A DNA stretch of 52,988 bases from assembly GCA_964416295.1 (NCBI GenBank), contig CAYQDV010000001.1:1-52988 (forward strand), read 5' to 3'. The notes beneath the pieces were generated by a model that was given only the letters and a program-made list of their open reading frames with translations, ran no database searches and was not told the DNA's origin. The position numbers and the translations under genes were made by a program. The DNA comes from an uncultured Planctomycetaceae bacterium. Lineage in GTDB: Bacteria > Planctomycetota > Phycisphaerae > UBA1845 > UTPLA1. Each line of letters starts with the position of its first letter. The first letter of the stretch is position 1. This document shows, one piece after another, positions 1 to 8,481 of the stretch.

Positions 1-1
1 T

Positions 2-1333
2 CTGCCTGAGACGAAGATGAAGCGCGGGATGTAGTGGGTCGTTCCCTTGGGGGCAGGCTACAGCTGCGGAGAAGACATAAAACTTGCCGACGACCCCGCC
101 GGTCGGCGGGAGGCCCATCAGGCTCAGGACGCAAATCGCCATCGCGAGGCCCGCCCAGGGATGACGCCGGGCTGCGCCGGCCAGTTCATCGAGGGTTTCG
201 ACGGAATCCTCGCCATCGGCACCTGATCTCCGGAAGAATGACAGCGCCGCAAAGGCCCCCAGATTCATCACGCCGTAGACGGCCATATAGAACAGCATCG
301 CCGTCACGCCGTTGCGCATCGGCGCCGAGCCGGCCCCGCCGGACCCCGGCCCGGCGACGAGTCCGACGAGCATGTAGCCCGTGTGCGCGACGCTCGAGTA
401 CGCCAGGATTCTCTTGACGTTGTTTTGCATGAGGGCCAGGGTGTTGCCGACGACCATCGTGACGGCCGCCATGACCCAGAGCAGCCAGAAGAGGGCGTCC
501 CCATAGTCCCAACCACACAGCGACAAGACGCGGATGAGGGCCACGAACCCGGCAAACTTTGGAACGAATCCCAAGAGGCCCGTTACGGGGGAGGCGGCTC
601 CCTGATAGACGTCGGCGACATAAAAGTGCAACGGCACGGCGGCGACCTTGAACGCCAGCCCGGCCAGCGAGAGCAGCAGGCCCACGACCACGAGATCGTG
701 CCCGGCGGCGTCGGGGCTGCGAAGGGCAGCCGTGACGGCGGCGACGATCGACTGCTGGGGACCGGACCCGCCGAACAATTGCGTTGTACCCGCCGCGCCG
801 TACAAGAAGCTGAACCCGTAGAGCATCAGCGCCGCGGCGAAGGCCCCCAGGAAGAAGTACTTGCCGGTGGCCTCCTGGGCGCGGACGTCCCGCCGCGACA
901 GACCGATCAGGATATAGGTCGGCACGCTCACGAGTTCGAGCGCGAGAAAGAGCAGAATCAGATCGTTCGCCACCGAGACGAGCAGAATCCCCGCCAGCGA
1001 ACACAGGGTCAGACAGAAGAACTCGCCGCGCTCGCCGGATTCCGGAACGTGGCGGTTCGTCAGGAGAATCAGCACGCCGACGGAAAGCGCGATCAGGCGG
1101 GTGTACCACACGAGGGAATCGTTCGTCAGAAAGGCCACGGCGTGCGGCGGCGATTCGACGAGGCGGAAGGCGGAGTAGATCGCAATGGCCACCGCCGCCA
1201 GTGAAAGAGCAAACACCGTGTCCGCGGCCGTGCGCGATCGGCTCAGCCCCATCAACAGGACGAGCACCGCACCGACGACCAGCACCAACTCGGGTGCCAG
1301 CCCCTGAAGGATCGGATGGACCGCCAACGTCAT
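2..1333 (-). CDS. nuoN: NADH-quinone oxidoreductase subunit N (3' end truncated by window edge)
   Basis: Open-ended, so absent from the ORF track. My translation from ATG 1333-1331 gives MTLAVHPILQGLAPELVLVVGAVLVLLMGL...GKYFFLGAFAAALMLYG...ILAYSSVAHTGYMLVGL..., a polytopic antiporter-like subunit. GAGGGAG Shine-Dalgarno about 8 nt upstream. ATGA start/stop overlap with nuoM. Last position in the nuoG-N order. Confidence 0.85.
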   Translation of the reverse strand, partial: MTLAVHPILQGLAPELVLVVGAVLVLLMGLSRSRTAADTVFALSLAAVAIAIYSAFRLVESPPHAVAFLTNDSLVWYTRLIALSVGVLILLTNRHVPESGERGEFFCLTLCSLAGILLVSVANDLILLFLALELVSVPTYILIGLSRRDVRAQEATGKYFFLGAFAAALMLYGFSFLYGAAGTTQLFGGSGPQQSIVAAVTAALRSPDAAGHDLVVVGLLLSLAGLAFKVAAVPLHFYVADVYQGAASPVTGLLGFVPKFAGFVALIRVLSLCGWDYGDALFWLLWVMAAVTMVVGNTLALMQNNVKRILAYSSVAHTGYMLVGLVAGPGSGGAGSAPMRNGVTAMLFYMAVYGVMNLGAFAALSFFRRSGADGEDSVETLDELAGAARRHPWAGLAMAICVLSLMGLPPTGGVVGKFYVFSAAVACPQGNDPLHPALHLRLRQ

Positions 1334-3132
1334 GGTCGCGGCTCCCTCTTGCGGTCGGGACCCCAATGCCGGCCAGTCCGGTTTTGGTCGGTCGGACGGG
1401 TCGGCTTGCGGTCCTCCGGCCGAGCAATCGCCGGGCCACTCCGCCCGGCGGCCGGAGCCTCAAACCCGGCCGTCGCAGCGAGCGCGACGGTCGCATCGGG
1501 ATGCGGCTCACGGGCGACCACACGCTCAGAAGGCGTCCCGACGACGTGCGCCAAGACTGCCGTATTCAGAGAGGGTTCCATCATCTGTATCACCGGTTTC
1601 GGATAGACGCCGAGCAACAGACACGCCACGGCGATCGGCGCCAGGATGCCGATCTCCCGTCGTGTCAGGTCCTGCGTCAGGCCGGACGAGCCGTCGAATC
1701 CGTGCTCCGGCTCTTTCACCGGACCGAACAGCACGCGGCGGACCATATGCAGCATGTAGATCGCACCGAGCAGGACGCCGGTCGCGGCCGGGACGGCAAA
1801 CCAGATTCCGAGGTGGTCCGACGAGGTGAACGTGCCGAGCAGCACCAAGTATTCGCTGATATAGCCGTTTAGCCCGGGAAGCCCGATGCTCGACAGCGTG
1901 AAGACGACAAGGAAAAAGGCCATGACGGGCATCTTCCTTGCCAGACCGCCGAGATGATCGAACTCGCGCGTGTGGTAGCGCTCATAGATCATGCCGACGA
2001 CGAGGAACAGCGCCCCGGTGCTCAGCCCGTGATTGATCATGTAGAGCAGCGAACCGGTCAGTCCGGCGGTTGTCAGGCTGAACATGCCCAGCAGGCAGAA
2101 CCCCAGGTGCGACACAGACGAATAGGCCACGAGCTTTTTGATGTCTGTCTGAACCCAAGCGGCGAGGGCTCCGTAGATGATGCCTGCGACGGCCAGCCAG
2201 CCGACGAGCGGGGCGTAATGCACGGCCGCGTCCGGCAGCATGGGCAGGCTCAGCCGCAGAAAGCCGTAGGTGCCCAGCTTCAGCAGCACGCCGGCCAGGA
2301 TGACCGAGCCGGCCGTGGGGGCTTCCGTATGCGCCAGCGGCAGCCAGGTGTGAAATGGAAACAGCGGCACCTTGATGGCAAAGCCGGCAAAGAATGCGAG
2401 GAAGAGCCAGCCCTGCTCCAAGGCGGTCAGGCCTCCGTCCGCTACCGGCAGCGTCGCAAGCCGGTAGAGGGCATCCAGGTCGAAGGTGAACCCCGACCCG
2501 ATGGCGTCGCAGGTCGACACGCGCCATCCGAGATACATGATCCCGGCCAGCGTCAACATGCTCCCCGCCAAGGTATAGAGGAAGAACATGTTGGCCGCCT
2601 TTTCCCGTTGCGGCCCGCCCCAGATTCCGATCAGGAAATACAGGGGCACCAGGGTGAACTCGAAGAAGATGTAGAAGACGAGCAGGTCCCGGGCACAGAA
2701 GACGCCGAGCATCGCCGCGTGCAGAAGCAGCATCAGGGCGTAATACTCGCGGGCGCGGCTGCGAATCCCGCTGAAACTGCCCCAGATGGCCAGCGGCGTC
2801 AGCAGGGACGTCAGCAGGAGCAACGGCATGCTAATGCCATCGACGCCGACATGGTATTGAACGTGCAGCCCGTCGCCGTCCGTGCCGCCCATCCAGCTTA
2901 GCTGTTCGACGAGTCGATAGTCGCCCGGAGCGGACCACGCCTCGGACACGAATAGCCCGGCGGCGAAGATGGCCGCAAGCAAGGTCAGCAGCGAAAAGCC
3001 GAAGGCCCACCGCCGCACGGACTTCGGCTCCTGCGAAGGCTGGGCGAACAGGATGGCGGCCCCGACGATTGGCAGAAGGATGACGATCGTCAGGATGTGC
3101 TGTCCGAGGAATGTGTCGTGCAACGCTGTCAT
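1330..3132 (-). CDS. nuoM: NADH-quinone oxidoreductase subunit M
   Basis: 600-aa ORF with ATG start, polytopic. Carries FHTWLPLAHTEAPTAGSVILAGVLLKLGTYG, typical of NuoM/ND4. Lies between nuoL and nuoN. The last ~85 aa form a Pro/Arg/Ala-rich tail that is atypical for the family. Confidence 0.9.
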   Translation of the reverse strand: MTALHDTFLGQHILTIVILLPIVGAAILFAQPSQEPKSVRRWAFGFSLLTLLAAIFAAGLFVSEAWSAPGDYRLVEQLSWMGGTDGDGLHVQYHVGVDGISMPLLLLTSLLTPLAIWGSFSGIRSRAREYYALMLLLHAAMLGVFCARDLLVFYIFFEFTLVPLYFLIGIWGGPQREKAANMFFLYTLAGSMLTLAGIMYLGWRVSTCDAIGSGFTFDLDALYRLATLPVADGGLTALEQGWLFLAFFAGFAIKVPLFPFHTWLPLAHTEAPTAGSVILAGVLLKLGTYGFLRLSLPMLPDAAVHYAPLVGWLAVAGIIYGALAAWVQTDIKKLVAYSSVSHLGFCLLGMFSLTTAGLTGSLLYMINHGLSTGALFLVVGMIYERYHTREFDHLGGLARKMPVMAFFLVVFTLSSIGLPGLNGYISEYLVLLGTFTSSDHLGIWFAVPAATGVLLGAIYMLHMVRRVLFGPVKEPEHGFDGSSGLTQDLTRREIGILAPIAVACLLLGVYPKPVIQMMEPSLNTAVLAHVVGTPSERVVAREPHPDATVALAATAGFEAPAAGRSGPAIARPEDRKPTRPTDQNRTGRHWGPDRKREPRP

Positions 3133-3135
3133 CCA

Positions 3136-5178
3136 CTATCCCTGCGTCAACACCGCCAGGTCGGGTCCGCCGCCCGACATCCGGATGAGCATCCACAGCA
3201 CGATCGCGATCACGCCGACGATCATGCCGGTGGCGTAACCCTGCATCGATCCGCTCTGCAGCCCCTTCAGACCGAAGCCGACCGCCCGCGGCACCGCGCT
3301 GATGATCCAGAGGATCGCGTTGATCACGTAGCGATCCAGACCGAAACAGATATCGCCGAGCCGCCGCAAGGGCCGTACGATGACGGCGTCGTAAAGCTCG
3401 TCGACATAGTATTTGTTGTGGAACAACCGATAGATCGGCGCGGCGCCGAACGCTGCGGCGGCCGCCACGGTCGGTCGCCGCCGATAGATGTAGCCGGCGG
3501 CGGCGATTCCGATGATCGCAATGGCGGCCGAGACATATAACATCAAATGCCCTTCTTCTGCGGCCCCGGCGTGCTCGGCCGCCAGGCCGACGTGCGCCAT
3601 GCCCGAATGGGCCGCCGCGAAGACCGGCTCCAGGAAGGCGTGAAGGCCGCCGTGTGGTTCGAGGAAACCGAGGAATCCGCCAGACTGCGGTGTGACGCCA
3701 ACATAGCCCGCGCCAATCGCTCCGGCGGCGAGGACACTGAGCGAAAACGTCATCCAGCTGCTGCTCTCATGGACGTGCTCGACCGTCTTTGGCAGCCGCA
3801 GAGGTCCGTGAAACGCCAGGAAGATCATCCGAAACGTGTAGAAGGCCGTCAGGAAGGCCGTCGCCAGACCGATCCAGCCGAGCCACGGCATGGAACTCGA
3901 CATCGCCGCGTGAATGATCTCGTCCTTGCTCCAGAAACCGGACAACAGCGGAAAGCCCGCCAGCGCCAACCCGGCGATCCAAAACGTGACGGCCGTGACT
4001 TTCATGCCCTTCCACAGTCCGCCGAAACGCCGGATGTCGATGACCCCGGCCATGGCGTGCATGACGCTGCCCGCGCCCAGAAACAGGCAGGCCTTGAAAA
4101 AGGCATGGGTGAACAGGTGGAAAATCGCCGAATCAAAGGCCCCGACGCCCAGGCCGAGGAACATGTATCCGAGCTGGCTGATCGTCGAATAGGCGAGAAT
4201 CCGCTTCATGTCGAACTGCGTCAGGGCGATGGTCGCCGCGAAGAGGGCCGTCACGGCGCCGATGACTGCGACGACCGTCATCGCCGTCGTTGACGAGGCG
4301 AAGATGACGCCGCAGCGTGCGACCATGTAGACGCCGGCTGTGACCATCGTGGCCGCGTGGATGAGCGCGCTGACGGGCGTCGGGCCTTCCATGGCGTCCG
4401 GCAGCCAGACGTGCAGAGGCAGTTGGGCGCTCTTGCCGATCGCTCCGCAAAACAGGAGCAGGGCGATCGTCGTGATCCTTTCGGTGGCGAGCAACGATCC
4501 CTCCGCAGTGACCCCGTCGGCGACCATTGCGAAGACGCGGTCGTAGCTCAGTGTGCCGAACGTGAGGTAGATCAGGAGGATGCCGAGGGCGAAGCCGAAG
4601 TCGCCAATCCGGTTGACGAGAAAAGCCTTTTTCGCCGCCGCTGCCGCGGCTGGGCGCTCGTAGTAGAACCCGATGAGCAGATAACTCGACAGCCCGACCA
4701 GCTCCCAGCCGAGATACAGCAGCAGGAAGTTGCCGCCGAGCACGAGCATGCACATCGAGAAGACGAACAGGCCGAGAAAGGCGAAGAATCTCTCGTAACC
4801 CCGCTCGGGGTGGCCGTGATGGTCCCGCATGTAGCCCACGGAGTAGATGACGACCAACAATGAAACGCCGAGCACGGTCAGGAGCATAACGCAGGTGAGC
4901 GGATCGATCCGAAACTCGACGTCGAACCACGATTTTTCCGCATCGCCCGCGCTGATCCATTGATACACCGTCACGGTTTGGGCGACCGCTCTCTCGCTGC
5001 CGGACGATTCTCGCACCTGGTTAAAGAGCGATACCGCCGCCGCCAGCGCCAGCCCGACGCCCGCAATTACAAACCAGTGTGACCGGGACCGCAGCCAGCG
5101 CAAACCGACCAGCCCCACGAGCGCGGCACCAACGGCCGGCAGGAGTGGAATCAGGATGGCAAGTGACTTCAGATCCAT
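3136..5178 (-). CDS. nuoL: NADH-quinone oxidoreductase subunit L
   Basis: 680-aa ORF. WELVGLSSYLLIGFYYERP...NRIGDFGF and LPLHVWLPDAMEGPTPVSALIHAATMVTAGVY are NuoL/ND5 signatures. Position matches the conserved nuo order. Confidence 0.93.
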   Translation of the reverse strand: MDLKSLAILIPLLPAVGAALVGLVGLRWLRSRSHWFVIAGVGLALAAAVSLFNQVRESSGSERAVAQTVTVYQWISAGDAEKSWFDVEFRIDPLTCVMLLTVLGVSLLVVIYSVGYMRDHHGHPERGYERFFAFLGLFVFSMCMLVLGGNFLLLYLGWELVGLSSYLLIGFYYERPAAAAAAKKAFLVNRIGDFGFALGILLIYLTFGTLSYDRVFAMVADGVTAEGSLLATERITTIALLLFCGAIGKSAQLPLHVWLPDAMEGPTPVSALIHAATMVTAGVYMVARCGVIFASSTTAMTVVAVIGAVTALFAATIALTQFDMKRILAYSTISQLGYMFLGLGVGAFDSAIFHLFTHAFFKACLFLGAGSVMHAMAGVIDIRRFGGLWKGMKVTAVTFWIAGLALAGFPLLSGFWSKDEIIHAAMSSSMPWLGWIGLATAFLTAFYTFRMIFLAFHGPLRLPKTVEHVHESSSWMTFSLSVLAAGAIGAGYVGVTPQSGGFLGFLEPHGGLHAFLEPVFAAAHSGMAHVGLAAEHAGAAEEGHLMLYVSAAIAIIGIAAAGYIYRRRPTVAAAAAFGAAPIYRLFHNKYYVDELYDAVIVRPLRRLGDICFGLDRYVINAILWIISAVPRAVGFGLKGLQSGSMQGYATGMIVGVIAIVLWMLIRMSGGGPDLAVLTQG

Positions 5179-5265
5179 ATCTTTAGGCCCCGGATGTGAG
5201 CTGTAGTCGACGCGAGCGCGTGGCGAGCCGCCCGGCTGCGCGATTCACAAGTCGTGAGTCGCTTG

Positions 5266-5568
5266 TCATCCCCGCATTCCACTCCAACGCTCCGCATCCA
5301 GCGTGCCTTTACGCCGAAACAGCATCACGACGATCGCCAGGCCTAACCCGGCTTCAACCGCCGCGATTACGAGCACGAACAGGCCGAACGTCTGCCCCTG
5401 GAGGTCGTCCCAACGCAGCCCCATCGCCACCAGGTTCAGCAGGACGCCCTGAAACATCACCTCCGTGCTCAGGAACATGACGATCAGGTTCCGGCGCGCC
5501 AGGAACCCGATGGCGCCCAGCCCGAACAGCACAGCCCCGATCAGACTCAAGCCTGCGGCGTTGATCAT
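5266..5568 (-). CDS. nuoK: NADH-quinone oxidoreductase subunit K
   Basis: 100 aa with 3 predicted TM helices. RRNLIVMFLSTEVMFQGVLLNLVA is NuoK/ND4L-like. Conserved position between nuoJ and nuoL. Confidence 0.9.
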   Translation of the reverse strand: MINAAGLSLIGAVLFGLGAIGFLARRNLIVMFLSTEVMFQGVLLNLVAMGLRWDDLQGQTFGLFVLVIAAVEAGLGLAIVVMLFRRKGTLDAERWSGMRG

Positions 5569-5705
5569 GCCGGTTTACTCGTCGTATGTCGTATCTGCGC
5601 CATGAAGTATCCAGTTCATTCCGTGCGACCCGCGCTTCTCACCGGGTCGCCAAACGGCCGAGCCACGGACACACCAGCCCACTATGCCAACTTCGATACC
5701 ACATG

Positions 5706-6458
5706 CTAAAAAGGCTTCACCCGTCGGCCGATCTCACCCGGCGGCGGCAGGTCTGCTCCCTCGTCCGCATGGGGTATTTGTTTCCGCGCGATTGCGATCG
5801 CTCCGATCATCGCGACCATCAACAGCACGCCGGCCAGTTCCACGCTGATGGCGAAACGATTCAACAAGACGTTTCCGACGGCCGCCGTGTTTCCGACAGC
5901 CAGCTCCGCGCTCGGTCGGACGGGCCAATCCTGTCCGGCGATGACACCTGCCAGCGTGGCCACGAGGACGAATCCCGCCAAGACGGCCGCCCCCGGCTCC
6001 CGGGCGTTCGCGTCGTACTGCACCGATGCCGCGGTCGATCGGTCGTCCGCAGATGACTGCTGAGCCAGCATGATGACAAACACATAGGTGACGAGGATGG
6101 CGCCGGCATAGACGATCACGAGGGCCGCTGCGAGGAACTCCGCCCCGGCGAGCACGGCCAGTCCCGCCGTGCTCAGGACGACCAGGATGAAGTAGAGCGC
6201 GGCATAGACCGGCCGAGGATGGGTGATCACGCGGGCCGCGCCGCCCACAGCGAGAATGGCGAGGATGTAAAAGGCGACCGAGTCCGCGGCGCTCCCCGCC
6301 ACGTCTCGCAGCACCAGCATCAGGCCGGCGAGACCCGCAGCGCTCAAGGCCACGGCCAGTCCGCGCCGGGAACGCCCCTGGCCCGGCAGCGCGGCATAGA
6401 CGGCCGCGGCGCCGACGGCCGATGCGACATAGGTGCCATAAACCAGGTATTGTTCCAC
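5706..6458 (-). CDS. nuoJ: NADH-quinone oxidoreductase subunit J
   Basis: 250 aa. GTG start with GGAG about 10 nt upstream. PVYAALYFILVVLSTAGLAVLAGAEFLAAALVIVYAGAILVTYVFVIML resembles NuoJ/ND6. Conserved position. Confidence 0.85.
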   Translation of the reverse strand: MEQYLVYGTYVASAVGAAAVYAALPGQGRSRRGLAVALSAAGLAGLMLVLRDVAGSAADSVAFYILAILAVGGAARVITHPRPVYAALYFILVVLSTAGLAVLAGAEFLAAALVIVYAGAILVTYVFVIMLAQQSSADDRSTAASVQYDANAREPGAAVLAGFVLVATLAGVIAGQDWPVRPSAELAVGNTAAVGNVLLNRFAISVELAGVLLMVAMIGAIAIARKQIPHADEGADLPPPGEIGRRVKPF

Positions 6459-6477
6459 TCGCTGCTATCTCCGTAGT

Positions 6478-6588
6478 TAGTTGTCAGTTGTCAGTTATCA
6501 GTTGCCAGTTGCCAGTTGCCAGTTTGCGGTCTCCGGCTCTCACGGTTGCAAGGTCCGCACTGGTAACCGGAAACTGGCAACTGGCAAC
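6478..6588. repeat. Seven tandem heptamers (consensus CAGTTGC, 6478-6526) forming one arm of a long inverted repeat (6508-6529 vs 6567-6588, 21/22 complementary, 37-nt loop) in the nuoI-nuoJ spacer
   Basis: Read directly from the sequence. The units are tagttgt cagttgt cagttat cagttgc cagttgc cagttgc cagtttg. The left arm gttgccagttgccagtttgcgg matches the reverse complement of ccggaaactggcaactggcaac, with 18 contiguous bp plus 3 more. The right arm ends 2 nt from the nuoI stop codon. Confidence 0.9.
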
Positions 6589-6590
6589 TC

Positions 6591-7184
6591 TTAATACCCT
6601 GTTACTGCCGGGTTTTTGCGCCGCTTGTCATCCTGGGTCCTATCGAACACCATCAGCAGTTTTTCCTTGTCGAAGATCATCTCGTCCCGCGATCGGCCCA
6701 CCAGGTGGTACTCGGGCGTCAGCTCGATTGCGTCGACCGGGCAGGCTTCTTCACACATTCCGCAATAGATGCAGCGCAACTCGTCGAGGTCGAACCGGAT
6801 TGGATACTTCTCGCGGTCGTCCCAAGGGCTTTCGGCACCTTCGATGTGGATGCAATGCGCCGGACAGGCCGTCTGGCACATGAAACACGCCACGCATGCG
6901 ACACGGCCCTGTTCGTCTCGATTCAGCCGATGCACGCCGCGATAGGTCTCCTTGCGCTGTTCGCGTTTTTGTTCCGGATACTGAATCACCATGTCGTCAC
7001 GGAGACGTTTCTTGAACATGTGGCGGAGTGTGGTCCGCATCCCCCCGAACACTTGTGGCAGGTAGAGTCGTTCGGCTGCGGACAACTCCGGCTGATCGAC
7101 GCATACGACGTCTGTCTCCGTCCATCGGCGTGGATTCGGCGTGCTCGCATCGGCTATCGCGGTTTTCGGCGTTTGGTCAACCAT
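6591..7184 (-). CDS. nuoI: NADH-quinone oxidoreductase subunit I (2x[4Fe-4S] ferredoxin-type)
   Basis: Two CxxCxxCxxxCP motifs (CVACFMCQTACPAHC and CIYCGMCEEACPVDA). The longest ORF starts at TTG 7193. ATG 7184 (MVDQTPK...) is more plausible and overlaps the nuoH stop by 8 nt. Confidence 0.9.
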   Translation of the reverse strand: MVDQTPKTAIADASTPNPRRWTETDVVCVDQPELSAAERLYLPQVFGGMRTTLRHMFKKRLRDDMVIQYPEQKREQRKETYRGVHRLNRDEQGRVACVACFMCQTACPAHCIHIEGAESPWDDREKYPIRFDLDELRCIYCGMCEEACPVDAIELTPEYHLVGRSRDEMIFDKEKLLMVFDRTQDDKRRKNPAVTGY

Positions 7185-8433
7185 GACTGACAACCATTTT
7201 TCTGCGCAGGCTGGCCTGCCGCCCGGAGATCGGCTGGCTCCGGGCCGCGGCGATCACGCCGGCGACCCCCACGACGGCCACGTTGCCGATCGTCGCCCAC
7301 CACTGGCTGATCTCGGTATAGACGATGAGGCCCTGGATCACCACGAGCGCCATGCTCATGGGCACGATGCCCTTCCAAGCGATTCGCATCAATTGGTCGT
7401 ATCGAAAACGCGGGATCGTCCACCGCACGAGCATATACATAAAGATGACACCGCCCACCTTGACGCCGACGACGGCGATGCGGCAGACCATGGCCAGCCA
7501 CGATGCGTCCGTGTTCAGCCAGTCCCAGCCGGGCAGCATATAGCCGCCGAAGAACATGACGACCATCAGGGCGCTACTCGTGATCATGTGGGCGTATTCG
7601 GCGAGGAAGAACAGCGCTAGTTTCATCGCGCTGTATTCCGTGTGGTATCCGCCGACCAACTCTTGTTCGCATTCGGCCAAGTCGAAGGGGGTTCGATTGG
7701 CCTCGGCGAGGGCCGCGACAAAGATGAGGATCGCTCCCAGCGGGTGATAGAAGATGATCCACTCGAAACCCGACAGCCCGAAGAATCGCCCGGCCTGGGC
7801 CTCGACCATGTGTTCCAGCCGCAGATGCCCGGTGGCGAGGATGACGGTCAGAATAACCATGCCGATCGGCACTTCGTAGGAGAGCATCTGAGCCGCGGCG
7901 CGCATGCCGCCCAAGAACGAATACTTGTTGTTGCTGGACCACCCGCCCAAGACAACGCCGTAGACGCTCAGGGACGACACGGCCAGGATGTAGAGGAGGC
8001 CGATGTCGACACTGGCGACCTGCGCCGAGAGCGTCCGGTCGGCCGCCATCCAAGGCCAGCGGAACTCTCCGCCCCACGGGATGACCGCAAAGCCGAGCAA
8101 CGCCACGACGAATATCATCCACGGGGCAAACAGGAACAGCCCACGGTCCACGTTGGTGGGGATGATGTCCTCTTTCAGGAGGAACTTCAGGCCGTCCGCG
8201 ATCGGTTGAAACAAGCCGTACGGTCCGACCCGATTCGGCCCGTAGCGGTCCTGCACCCAAGCCGCGATCTTCCGCTCGAGCAGAATGCCGTAGGCGACGG
8301 TCGTCATGATCGCGCCGATCAGGAACAGCATCAATACGACGCTGAACCCGAACGGGTCCGCCAGCACATCCTTAAGACAATCCACCATGGCTGAGTCCGT
8401 CTCGCCGCGAATCCTATTCTCGCGACTCATCAC
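7177..8433 (-). CDS. nuoH: NADH-quinone oxidoreductase subunit H
   Basis: 418-aa polytopic ORF. LLERKIAAWVQDRYGPNRVGPYGLFQPIADGLKFLLKEDIIP is the NuoH/ND1 signature. The start could instead be the internal Met at 8388. Confidence 0.92.
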   Translation of the reverse strand: MMSRENRIRGETDSAMVDCLKDVLADPFGFSVVLMLFLIGAIMTTVAYGILLERKIAAWVQDRYGPNRVGPYGLFQPIADGLKFLLKEDIIPTNVDRGLFLFAPWMIFVVALLGFAVIPWGGEFRWPWMAADRTLSAQVASVDIGLLYILAVSSLSVYGVVLGGWSSNNKYSFLGGMRAAAQMLSYEVPIGMVILTVILATGHLRLEHMVEAQAGRFFGLSGFEWIIFYHPLGAILIFVAALAEANRTPFDLAECEQELVGGYHTEYSAMKLALFFLAEYAHMITSSALMVVMFFGGYMLPGWDWLNTDASWLAMVCRIAVVGVKVGGVIFMYMLVRWTIPRFRYDQLMRIAWKGIVPMSMALVVIQGLIVYTEISQWWATIGNVAVVGVAGVIAAARSQPISGRQASLRRKMVVSHG

Positions 8434-8481
8434 CTGTCACGTCGCCGCATTCTGCGCACACGGGCGATCCGTGGCAATGTC

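Noticed and set aside
6423-6438. Minus-strand TGGCAC-N5-TCGCA with correct sigma54 GG-N10-GC spacing.
   Set aside because: It lies inside the first codons of nuoJ (YGTYVAS), with no room for a downstream target. The -12 element is imperfect. It is most likely a chance match within coding sequence.
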